Position numbers and translations under genes: made by a program | Notes under the pieces: model-generated | Database searches by the model: none | What the model was told of the DNA's origin: nothing | The model's input: only the letters and a program-made list of their open reading frames with translations | DNA from: Antechinus flavipes | Lineage: Eukaryota | Length of the DNA: 64,000 nt | Direction of reading: 5' to 3' | NCBI RefSeq assembly: GCF_016432865.1 | Contig: NC_067399.1 | Location: forward strand, 212,784,001-212,848,000 | Shown: piece after piece, positions 37,338 to 48,959 of the stretch | Position numbering within the stretch: the stretch's first letter is position 1 | Layout of the letters: each line of letters begins with the position of its first letter

Positions 37338-37530
37338 CTAGGAATAGTAAATATGAAATAGAGTGGGAAAGCATATGAAAAGCAACTTCCTCAGAGGAAC
37401 TCACAACAATCCAATAGAAAGGCAGCACTCCATGAGTTTGTTTTGCCCTTAGCTGGCAAGCTCAATCCTGAAAGGAACTTAGCACCCTAAAATAGATAAT
37501 TAGGTATAAGGCAAAGAAGTGAGATAGAGA

Positions 37531-37972
37531 TATTGAGGTCGGGAAGGACAGCCCAAAAGTTTGGGTCATATATCAGTGTTATAATGTGTCTCAAAAGAAT
37601 TTGCAGGTTTGAACCTATTCCAAGTCAAGGGGAAAAGTTTATTGTAATTGTAACGCCATTATAAGGGGCTAACTCCAAAAGAAATTAGCAAGGAAACAGA
37701 AGCAAAGAGACACATTTATTCAGCTTTCTATCACTGACATGCTAATTTTATGGTCCAGAGGAATGGTCTTTCGTTTGGTTATCACTGACCAGAGTATGTG
37801 TCAGCAATGAATTGCGGAGTGGTCTATTCAGAAACAGACAGATTGGGCATGGGAGTTTCCTGAGGTAGACTCCAAAGTCAGAACCAAAGCTAGAAGATTT
37901 AGGATTACTGACATGGTTAGAACAGAAGCCCCCCCTAAAATCAGGGGACTGCAAAATCATTTCTATATTACA
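37531..37972 (-). mobile_element. ERV-B 3' LTR
   Basis: Aligns to 42185-42880 over most of its length (about 85% identity by eye). Minus-strand AATAAA at about 37640. Confidence 0.85.
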
Positions 37973-38028
37973 TCAGGTTGCACCCCAGGTTGTACCCCAA
38001 ATTCATTTGGGACAAAGGGATGAAGATC

Positions 38029-39070
38029 TCATCTTCTGTAACTGGTTCTTGCTGATAAGGGGCATAGAGCTGCCCCGTAGTGGGGTATCCAGACAGAGGA
38101 GGGGAGACATATGACTTGAAGATAGTAGCAGCAGCATTCAGAGAGCTGCTGAGTGTCAGAATCAGTTAGTTGATGGTATTCAGGGTGAACAAATAGTTGG
38201 AAGTTTATAGCTTGGAGCCTGGAGGAAACAAATCTCACAAGTAGGTTAAAAATGCAGGGACCAAATATGAGCAAAAAAAAAAAAAAAGAATAATTAAAAG
38301 TAGAGTTGGTATGGGGGTTAGTAGAGACAATAACCAGGAACCCCATCAAGAGGAAGGCTGAAGCAGATGAAGCTATCTTGAATGCCTCGCATCCAAACAG
38401 CTTTTCTTAGGAGAAATATCAAAAAATGTTTTTTCCCCAAATCCCCACTTTTGTCTCCTTGAAGGGGTGGAGGCAGGACCTGAAGCATTATACACAGTGA
38501 AGGGAACACTCAGATGACCTGGAGTGCAAGCATCATAACAAGTTCCTCAGAAACATCAAAGTAGAATGGAAAGCCCATTTTCAAAGAAAGGATAGCCCTT
38601 AGGTGCACAGATGGTACCCGAGATCAAATTTTTAGTAGCTTCCTAGTTAGTTGTTCCCAAGAATGATTATAATTACATGACATTATATCAATCAGAATGT
38701 TAGTTCTGAGGAGGTTATGAAAAGGCTGCAAGGAAGGTGGTATAGGAGCATTATGAATGAGTTTGTCAGAATAATTTTAGAATAGATATCCTACAATTAT
38801 TATGTGGGTAAGAGATCCTTTCTGACAAGAAGACAGGGGATAGTCAGGTTAAAGTTTTTCCCCTGGGTTGAAAGCTAGTACAAATGGGGCAGCATCCAGG
38901 GTGGGGATGTTGACATTTGGGAATGGGGCCTTTGCAAATAATGCATCAGGGCCCATCTGTGGGCTGCCTTGAGGAAGCTGAGGGCACACCCAACAACCCT
39001 GAATGCCCCCATTACCCAACCCTAACCTGATTAAAGAATTAGGACTTATCTCTCCATTGGCAGTGGCCAC
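38029..39070 (-). pseudogene. env: Gammaretroviral-type env remnant (SU, furin-like site, membrane anchor, cytoplasmic tail; TM ectodomain absent)
   Basis: GCWVCPQLP (SU CxxC motif), TICAPKG...CTPGHL (SU C-terminus), SRRQK (38459-38448), WLLSLLTPIPTLLLIIL and LIFGPCIFNLLVRFVSSRLQAI. Multiple stops and frameshifts. Confidence 0.85.
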
Positions 39071-41039
39071 AGAATGACATCAAGAGAGCTGGAGAGAAAA
39101 TACTAGGAGCAAAGCTTTTATCCTTGGACCTTTGTTAAAGGTGCACCTGAAAAAAGTGGAAAATAACAAGAAAGAAAGAAAGAATTAGAAAGCTAATCTT
39201 TAGTACCTCAGCCAGCTTTTGAGTTATTTGAGAAGTGAAGGCTGAGCCATTATCACTCTGCAAAGAGCTGGGCAGGTCAGAAAGAAGTTTCCCCTAGATT
39301 TGCCCCTTCAAGGACAAAAAAGAAAACATCTTTAAGATCTAGAGTAGCAAATCATTTTGTCCCCTGGAATACTTGTATAGGGCTCTATACCCCTTATCAG
39401 CAAGAACCAGGTTCAGAAGATTTCATCAGGGGGTAGTCGGGTTAAAATTATTCCCCTGGGGAGATAATTTTATGGCTAGTACAAATTGGGGGGGGAGACA
39501 TCTAGGATAGGGGTGGGGACATTGAGGAATGGGGCCTTTGCAAATAATGCAGAAGTTAAGATTGTGTCATTCCAGCTTTTGCCCACGTTGTTGACCACCT
39601 AGACACTTCAGGATAGCATTCTCTGAGTAATTTTTGCCATTTCTCTCTCAAATAGTGGGCTACTGACTTAATGATCCGGAAATCAAATTCACAAAGAACG
39701 TCATTTACAGTCCCAAAAGATTTTATATCTAATAGCAAATTCTACCAGTGGCAGCTTAGGACTAGATACATTATTTTTAAAGTTTATCAGGACTTACACG
39801 CATAGGAGATTTTGTTTAACATGTTTTATATGTTTAAACTTATCCTGGTGCAAAGGATCAATCATTAAATAAACTAATAGATTCTTGTTTAGAAATTATA
39901 AATCCTAAATAGGCTAGTTCTCAGGGCTGATGACCTTGCTTACCCTGATGGTTTCAAGAAAACTGGAAAGCTTACAAATTAAGGGGAGTTGACAGAGACC
40001 GAAGGTAAGGGGACTGAGCTTGCTGCTGCCCACCCCAACTATTCTTAGTGTTTTCATAGGCTGTGCCATTTGATTACCACCACCACCACCACACATTATG
40101 TGAAAGGGGAAAAGGTGTTGCACACTTCATACTTGGAAGTGAACTGATAGGTTTAACATGAACAATAACTCCAAGTAATTTAGTTAATAATTTTAGAATT
40201 TTCCTAAGTAATAGCCAAATAGTCTTAGCTGTAATTTCTATTCCCTTAAATGAGTTTCCCTTTTGTTTTAGAGAGAAAACAAGACAGTTCTTAAAATTGA
40301 GAAAGACAGATTTTAAAAATCACCTTAACTTTGGGTAAAAAGATTCCTTAGATTCTGATTAAATGTCCTAGACAAACTGAGCTGCAATTTGGTTATTTTC
40401 CAATCTATACAAATCATTTCTCTTTTTGTGAGCCAGGAACAGGATTAAGGTGCCAGTTTTTACTGACAAGAACCTCAGAAGTCTGACTCTAGATAACTAG
40501 ACTTTTTAAAGTAGCGGTAAACTGCTTTTCTATTTTCCTAAACTTTTAGAACTCTTCTGTTAACAGTATCAGTGCAAATAGATTCCTTTAGTGGGCTTTA
40601 ATTAGAGGTCCTTTAAAATTGCTTTTATTATCATATCTAAGACAAATTTCCAAATTACTTCACATACACATAGAAATAATTTATCTGTCAGTCACATCAA
40701 AAAGAAAGCCCATAAAGTCATCAGATATGAAGTAATTATATACAATAAAGCAGTTAACATTCATATAGCACGTTTTATGCTAAGCACTTTTGCAATCATG
40801 GTCTTCACAACAACTATTATTTCTCTTTACAAATTAGAAAACTGGGCAGAGATAAAATAATTTTCCACAAATTACATAGCTAATGCATTTTCACAATTGA
40901 GACAGAGAATGGTGGTCTTACCAAATGCAGAGGCTGACTGGCTTTCTCACCTCACACTGCCATGCAGTGTGAATTCTCCTGAGGCAGTTTCTGAACTGCT
41001 GGGGTGACTGGTGCCAGGATATCCCTTTGATGGCAATTT

Positions 41040-41180
41040 CAGATGCCAGGGCTCAGGGAATGCTGACCATTGGGCCTTATCCCCATTTCCCCAAAAATGG
41101 GTTGGGGAGGTATTTGGGCAAGGTTGTGTGGGGTCTCCATGGGCTGCTTCCCCTATTTCTACAGGTGAGGCAGAATTTGA
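41040..41180 (-). pseudogene. Possible gag NC zinc-knuckle remnant
   Basis: CLTCRNRGSSPWR resembles CxxCxxxGHW; the position fits gag, but it is heavily decayed. Confidence 0.35.
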
Positions 41181-42164
41181 GTGTTAAATCTGATCTGAGA
41201 TGAGAGGGGTTAGCAAACAGAGGGACTTGGGCTATACTAATCTTGTTAGCAACCCACAATTGAGATATTCTCAGGATTACTCCATCGAGTGGAGTGGAGA
41301 GGGTGCCTTAATACCTTCTGTGATGCTTTCCTAAATGAGCAGAAGGAGGATTCTAGACAAGATAGGAGTCAAGGAAGGATAGCAAAAAGTTGCTATTTAC
41401 CTAGTTTGTTTTTTTTTTCCTTTTCTTTTCTTTCATAATGGGGTAAATTCATGGAATTATCTCCAATGCTTCAGGAATTTTTCTTTCAATTTTAAATTGA
41501 CTAATATCCAAACTTCTTAATCATTGCTCTCAAAACTTTGAGAAATTGCTAAGATGTTTTGCTCTTAAAACTTTGAGAATCTGAAAAGATGTTATTTTAA
41601 TTTTAATTAGCTAACTTCCTGTGTAGCCTCCTGGCTTGGCCAGAGCTGAGGTTCACAGAAAAAAGCTAGGCTTTTAAATTTTTTTTCTAGCATTCTAACT
41701 ACAGCATAGAGGGTTTTTTTTTTTTTGGTTTTGTTTTGTTTTGTTTTATTTTGTTTTGTTTGTTTTTTTGTTTTTTCCTCACTGTTTTAAATCTTTCCAG
41801 GTAAAATTTAGCTTACAGAACAAACATGACACAAATATTCTGCATAGAGACTCAGAAACAGACAAAATGACATGAAAGAGGACTGATTCATCTTTGCCAA
41901 AAGGTATCCTATAGCACTTCTATCTTTTCTGGCATCTCAGAGAAGGTGAAAAGATAGCAAAGGCTCCCTGGGAACTTTGCTGAATATTGCAAGAGTTTCC
42001 AAGTCCAGCTCTCCCCAGTCAAGGAAAACTTGACCAGTAGAGATCACTACGACCTAGACAAGCCTTTTCCAAGTAGCTTGGGGTATCCTTCTATAGGATT
42101 GTGGGAGAAAAAAATGGAGGCCTACATTGACAAAAAAGGAATCAAGCCAAAGGAGGCCAGACTC

Positions 42165-42182
42165 TTCCCATACAGACCATCA
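42165..42182 (-). promoter_or_regulatory. ERV-B primer-binding site, tRNA-Ile(AAU)-like
   Basis: TGATGGTCTGTATGGGAA lies 2 nt from the LTR CA end. It matches TGGTGGCCCGTACGGGGA (complement of the tRNA-Ile 3' end, recalled) at 13/18; all 5 mismatches are transitions, two at CpG. Confidence 0.65.
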
Positions 42183-42184
42183 AA

Positions 42185-42880
42185 TGTTGAGGTTGGGAAG
42201 GGGACTCCAAAAGTTTAGGGTCAAAGAGCAGTGTTGTGAGGTGTCTCAAAAGAATTTGCAGCTTATCTACATCCAGAGAGAGGAATATGGGAACTGAATG
42301 TGAATCAAAACACAGCATTTTCACTCTTTTTCTTGTTGTTTGCTTGCATTTTGTTTTCTTTCTCATTTTTTTCTTTTTAATCTGATTTTTCTTATGCAGC
42401 AAAATAATTGTACAAATATTATACATATATTGGATTTAACATATATTTTAACATGTTTAATATTAAAAAAAAAGAATTTGCAGACTTGACACCATCTCCT
42501 TGTCAAGAGGCAAAGTTTATTGTAATTGTAATGCCATTACAAGTGAGCTAACTCCAATAGAAATTAGCAAGGAAACAGAAGCAAAGAGACAGGCTTATCC
42601 AGCTTTCTATCATTGACATGCTAATTCTATGACCCAGAGGAATGGTCTTTCATTTGGTTATCTCTAACCAGATTATGAGTCAGCAAGGAACACTGAGGAG
42701 TGGTCTATTCAGAATCAGATAGATTGGAAATGGGAGTTTCCTGAGACTTGACTCCAAAGCCAGAAGATTTAGGATTAGTGACTTATTGTTAGAACAAACC
42801 CTCCTTCCTCCCCCTAAAATCAGGGCCTTTCCCTGCCTGCTTTCCCCAGGAATCAATTCCTCTACTAACCACACCTAACA
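42185..42880 (-). mobile_element. ERV-B 5' LTR (interrupted by an L1 fragment)
   Basis: tgttgagg...cctaaca termini; homologous to 37531-37972. Confidence 0.85.
42262..42469 (+). mobile_element. L1 3'UTR fragment inside the 5' LTR
   Basis: Perfect 14-bp TSD aaaagaatttgcag at 42248-42261 and 42470-42483; the empty site is present in the 3' LTR. Confidence 0.9.
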
Positions 42881-42929
42881 TTGGAAATCTCTTCATATGT
42901 ACCAAAGATCAAGCAATTTTGGCTGTCTC

Positions 42930-43383
42930 TGTGGTGAGGAGGTGTGAGAAAGTGACAATTCCTGAGATAGCCTCAGGCTAGCTGACCTTGGGAGTGCCAC
43001 AAATAATGCTGGCTACCAAAGAAGCCCTGAGGCTCCTGGCCTTGAGTGCCATAAATAAAGCTGCTCAATGGCTGTAACTCAATGCTGATTCTGTTTGTCA
43101 GGAAGCTTTAGGACTCAATGAGGGGAACTATCCCACCCTACCCTTCCTCAAGTATACCTGTAAACCACAATATTAGCATAGCAACCTAATCTTTCAATAA
43201 TCTTTCCATAAAGTTATCTCTCGCTAGATTCTGCCCCTTTGACAAACTCCTTTGGAACTAGAGTTCAAGCAATCTAATAAATCTTTGTCCCTTAACTCAG
43301 AGACTGAGTGCAAATTTTCTCACCAAACCCACAACATTGACCAGGGGAGCCTTAATCTTGCTGGGGTGTCTTTCTCCTCAACA
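42930..43383 (+). mobile_element. Probable solo LTR
   Basis: tg(tg)gtgagga...tcctcaaca inverted termini; AATAAA near 43277. No TSD matched. Confidence 0.6.
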
Positions 43384-43439
43384 ATGAGACATGCAGAATC
43401 TAAGGGAAGGTCAAAACAAGACAATCATCTATAAACTGA

Positions 43440-46400
43440 CACTCATTACAGTGAGAGATCCAAGAACTTCAAAAAAAATCCACTATCAAATTTTCATCCT
43501 CCCTCCCTCTTTCCAGTGCCATAGAAGCCCTAGATTCAAACTGAGAAAGTTTGTCAGAGCCAGATAGTCATCAAGGCCTCAACTTTTCAGGAGCAAAAGC
43601 CTGCCAAGGGCCACAACCACATGGCACCGGCTGCAAAGCTTTGAACTGCCAGTGCCAGCCAGAGAACTAAGGAATAGAGGGAACGGGATCAGACTCCAGG
43701 ACAGGACACTATGTCTTGGGGTGGGGATAAAAGGATGCTACGTAGCTCTTCACTAAACATAAGGGCAAAAGCAAAGCAATAAACTGAAGCCAGTTCTGAC
43801 CACCCAAAAGTTGCTTGGGGAAGAGATCTACGCTGACCAACCACGTATGGATTCATTTTGAGATCCGGCCCCCAAGAAAACCACCATCAGACAAGGCAGT
43901 GAGAAAGTAAATAGGGGGAAATGAAGGAAGGATGGAAATTGTCAAAGATCTCAGGAAGAAAAAACTCGAAAGACCTTGAACACAAGCAGATAAATCAACA
44001 GAGAAAATATTAACCACAGAAGGAAATATGACCTCTAGATCTAGTAAATCAGTTCAGGCATCTATGAATAAATACTGCAAAACAAAGAAAAATGATCCAA
44101 TACTTGATGAGACAAAGGATTCTGTGAAATGTGAGAATGTAGAACCATAGAATGGCTCCAAAGAGGAATAAGAATTATGAAAGCAGAATTGATGGCTGGC
44201 GCAGCAAAAATAATGAGCAGGATAGAAAAACTGGAAGCTACCATAGCAAGTCTCACCAAAGAAACAAGAGATGATAGATTGAGAATGAATATACAAAAAT
44301 GAAGAACAATCTAGAAGAATAGAGCAAATAATAATAACATTAAAAGTAGATATTTACATTATGGAAGCGAAATATATTAAGTCAAAGACAGGATTATTGA
44401 GACAATCTAAGGATCATAGATCTCCCAGAAAAACTAACAGGACAAAAAATCAGTCTCCATGTTGCAATAGATAATAGAAGAGAACTGCTCAAAACCTCTT
44501 AACATAGAAAATGAAAGAATTAAATTGAGCCAATTGAAAGAATTCACAAATCATCTCCAAAAAAAAAAAAAAAAAAAAAAAAGCTGCAAATTCCAAGATA
44601 CATACAGATTAAATTTAGCAATTCAGTTCAGAAGCAAGTATTTCAAGTTATTTGTAGAAAGATCTTCAAAAACAAAGAAAAATACATTTGAATAATGCAG
44701 TATTATTACGCACCCTGCCCTTCTCCCAAAAAGTAGGAGAAAATAGAATAATGTGTTTCAAAGACCAATGGAATGGAGCTTATATGTTTTTTTAAAAATA
44801 TTCACTAATAAAGAGTTATGTAAAATAACTTTTAGAAGTAAAACCAAACTGAAGAGTTTATTTTCTTCTTGAATACTAACAACAGAAATGCAGGAGGAGT
44901 GAATAAATGAAATATCCAAAAACAGTAAAAATGGCAGCAGAGAAAACAGTGAGAAATGTCTTTCTAAATGTACACAAAGAAGAAGTGACTTTGGAAGTCT
45001 TGTTACGATAACAGTAAAGAGGCAGTCATGGGGTATTATAAACAAAACCTCATAACACTGCCTAAAGGTGAATCCATGATTGTTTTCATTTTTGTTTCCT
45101 TATTTCTGTTGGATTCCATCAAAATATGAGAGGATACTTGAAAGGTGGGAATCCATAAGCAAAGGAATAATGAGAAATATATAAAGTAGTAAGGTCAAAT
45201 CAAGGGTTAACAAAGAGAGAAAGATGACTTCTGTGGTTTTGGGGATTTGGTATTTGAAAAGACTACTCAATCTAATCTGGAGACAGGCAATTAGAACTCC
45301 AGGGGGAAACTAACACTTGGAGGAGTTGGAGAACACACTCAGTGATGGGGTAAATGAGGTAGTTAAATGGGAGATAAAAAAGTGTAATGGACAGAAGGCT
45401 TTTGTTAAATTCTGTCGAAATGGAATTTAAGAGTGCCTTTGTTATGGTGGGCCCTAGCTGAATTTCCACAACTGTTCCCTGAGGAAAGCAGGGAGAAGCA
45501 TTGGCAGGATTATCTTGTCCTTAATTGGGTGTTTGTTGTCCTTAGGTGAGCCTGTGTTAGAGTACACTCTTGTTGAATTCTTTGCATTCCTCATATTGAC
45601 AAATAATGATAATTTTTTATCCAATCAGAATGCCACCTTATGATATCAATCCCAAAGTTATTTTTCTCCTATAAAAAAATCTGCTGGTACCCCATTTCTT
45701 TGCTAATTCCTTTTAGGGTTAACTCATTACTAAATCTCACAAAGGCTAGTTCATTAGGAATTTAGACTATCTTAATGGCATCTTTCCCTTGTGAAGGGTG
45801 AGTTCCCCTAGGGAAATGAGCCTCCTGCCAACAGTGTACTATAATCTTTGCCTCTTGATTTGGAGATGGTTTAAGCCTACAAATTCTTTTGAAATACCTT
45901 ATGGACACCATCCCAAGACTCCATTATATTTTGGGGATTCAACCCCATACTCTAACATAGTTTAGTGCCTCTGCACCCTGTACCCCATCACCAGGAAGGA
46001 AGGGAAATGAGAGTTGGGGAAAAGGTTAACAAGACAGGGAATAAACTAGTGGTGAACTGCATTATCAGGGATAGGTGGAGGAGGGGCTCTACCACAGGGC
46101 AGTAAACTCACTCACATTTGCAATTATTGATATTGTCCTGGGACTGAGGCATTATAGGAAAGGAGAATCTATAGGAAAAATCTCTGTAAAGGAGTGACAG
46201 GAGCCTAGGATGACTACCTGGAGAAATTTTACTATATGAATACAGAGGGAAAAAAGAGAGAAGTCATAAATAGTTTAAAAAAACAAAAACATATACAAAA
46301 TAATACTAGAGGAGGAGGGAAAGCAGATTTACTATGATCAAATACATTTTAAAAAACAGGAATTGTAATCAAGCTATCTTACAAAGCAAAAACAAGAAAG

Positions 46401-48420
46401 AGATAAATAAGGAAACTATATTTTACTGAAAGGAGCCATCATCAATAAATCATGATAAGTAATAAACTTATATACTCCAAATAGCTACCATCCAAATTCA
46501 TAAAAGAAACATTTGAGCTAAAAAAAAAAAAGATATAGACAGTAATACAATAGTGACTTAACTGTCTTCTCTGTTTATGATAAATCTAACAGAAAGATAA
46601 AAGAGAAAATAAGAAACTGAACAAATTTCTGGATATACTAGAGTTTAAAAAAAAAAAAAAAACATAGTATCTTCTAAATGGGACAGCAAAAGAATATACA
46701 TATTTCCCTGTGCCACATGTAACTTTTAGAAAAACTGATGATGTGCTAGGGCAAAAACATATTACACACAAATATAAAAAGACAAAAATGGTTAATGCAT
46801 TCTTTACAAACCCTAACACAATGAAAATAATAATTGTTTCAGGGACCACATACAGAAAATCCTCCCCCAAGTGGAGACTTAATAACGTAATCCTAAATAA
46901 TGAGTAGGTCTAAGAACAAATCAGAGAAACAGTTAATAGCTATGTCAAATAAAATGATAATGACAAAAAGATATACCAAAATTTCTGGAATGCAACTAAA
47001 GCAATCTCCAAGACAGAAATCATATCCTTACAAACATATATTAACAAAATAAAAAAGTAATTACTAAATAACTGAATATACATTTTTAAATCAGAAAGTC
47101 AACAAATATGTTAAGACAAATATGAAAGAGAACATACTAAAAATTAAAGGGAAATAGATTAATTGAGAGAAATATAGAAATGACAAAAATGAAAAGCGGT
47201 TTCTTTGAAAATACTAATAAAATAGCAAATGAGCAAGATAAAAGCACAACCAGGTTTTTTTTTAAATAATCATTCACAATTATATGCTAACCAAACTGAG
47301 AACATAAAAGAAACAGAGAAATACCTTCAAAGATATAAAATACCCACATTATAAGAGGATCATATAGAGATCCTAAATACTCCAATCTCAAAACCAGAAA
47401 TAAATCTAGCTATTCTTAGTCCTGATAGATTCACAAAAAAATTCTATCAAATTTACAAATAACAGTTAAAACTTATACTTTCACAAATTACTCTCAAAAG
47501 TTGAGAAAGAAATTACCTGACCAAAATCTTTTGATGAGACAAATATAGTAATAATACCTAAGCCAGGGAAAAATAAAATACATAACAAAAACTGTAGGCC
47601 AATATTATCAATGAACACTGACTGAAAAAATTTAAACTCGTATTATAAAGAAACTGGTAATTTTTCCAAGAAATCGTTCATTATGACCAAGTGCAATTTA
47701 TAAGAGGGATATAAAAATACTTCATTAAGAAAGCAATCAATGTAATTAGCCATACTAAAAAACCAAATCATCCAAAAATCATATGATCATTTCAATAGAC
47801 CCAAAAAAGCCTTTGATGAAGAACAACATTCTTTTATGCTAATAAATAAATAAATCTATGAAATATAGGCATAGAGGAATCTTTGTAAAATATAAAAGCA
47901 TCTAAAATAAAAAACAAACACCATACATAATGAATAGATAATAGAATCTTTTCTAATACATATAGAAGTGAAACAAGAATGCCTGCTCTTCCCACTAGTA
48001 TTTGACATAGTTCTGGAAATGCTAGCAACAGCAATAGGACAAGAGAAAGAAATCAAAAGCATAAAGATATGTGAAAAGGAGAGATTATCTGTTTGCTAAT
48101 GATAATAGATGGGCTACTTGGAAAATTCTAAGGAATTAGCAAAAATCCTAATTGAGATAATAACTTCAGTAGAGTTACAGTTTGGAAAATAAACCCTCAA
48201 AAATCAACAGTATTTCTACATAATTCTAGAAGCAATGATTACAAGAGAAATTTCATGCCAAATCATTAGAAAATACATAAAACATTTGAGGATCAATTCA
48301 CCAAAGACACAAAAGATTTGTATAGATTCAATTGCAAAGTATTCCTTAAAGGAATAAAAAATAATTTAAGTAGATGTAAAATTATCAATACTCATGGCTA
48401 AACCATGACAATATTTTTTT
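43440..48420 (+). mobile_element. Old near-full-length L1 (5'UTR, ORF1, EN and RT of ORF2), decayed and interrupted
   Basis: ORF1 gagacaatctaaggatcatagatctcccag (DNLRII.LP). EN ctatccaaattc and tgtgccacatgtaacttttagaaaaactgat. RT atatgatcatttcaatagacccaaaaaagcctttgat and tttgctaatgat. Confidence 0.85.
45440..45957 (+). mobile_element. Solo LTR inserted between L1 ORF1 and ORF2
   Basis: TGTTA...TAACA termini, CCAAT (atccaatcag, about 45621) and TATAAAA (about 45670). Confidence 0.7.
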
Positions 48421-48764
48421 TAAAACATTACTACCAAAATTAATTTTGGTGAAATGATGATATAAAAAGCAAAACATCAATAAAAACTTTTTTAAAATTA
48501 GGAAGGGTATAAAACAAGAACATTTATACAAACATATACAATTTCTCTCCCCCCCAAAAAAAAATTTCTACTGATGGAAAAATTTTCTAAATGATTCATA
48601 GCACTGAGCTCTGGATCACTACAAACTCTCCACATTGAGACTCATTGCAATGCAAAAGGTTATAGTTTAACTATCTTTTAAATTTTTACTTATTTTATTT
48701 TTAATCTACGAGATAAAACTAGCATTTCTATAACATAATAGAATTTTTAAAAGATAATTACACA

Positions 48765-48907
48765 GGGGCAGCTAGATGGCACAGTGGATAGAACCCTGAA
48801 GTCAGCAGGACCTGAATTCAAATATGGCCTCAAACACTTAACACTCCCTAGATGTATGATCCTGGGCAAGTCACTTAACCCCAATTATGTCACCAAAAAA
48901 AAAAAAA
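48765..48907 (+). mobile_element. WSINE1-like SINE
   Basis: ggggcagctagatggcacagtggatag...poly-A; TSD at(a/g)attacaca at 48754-48764 and 48908-48918. Confidence 0.9.
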
Positions 48908-48959
48908 ATGATTACACAAATGTTAAATTTATAAATTAAGTACAACTTTCTATTCTTTT

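Larger units (their letters stand above)
37531..42880 (-). mobile_element. ERV-B: class I (gamma-like) defective provirus, about 5.35 kb
   Basis: Two related LTRs (37531-37972 and 42185-42880), PBS next to the 5' LTR, env remnant next to the 3' LTR. No RT/IN motifs recognised. Flanking TSD not matched. Confidence 0.85.
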
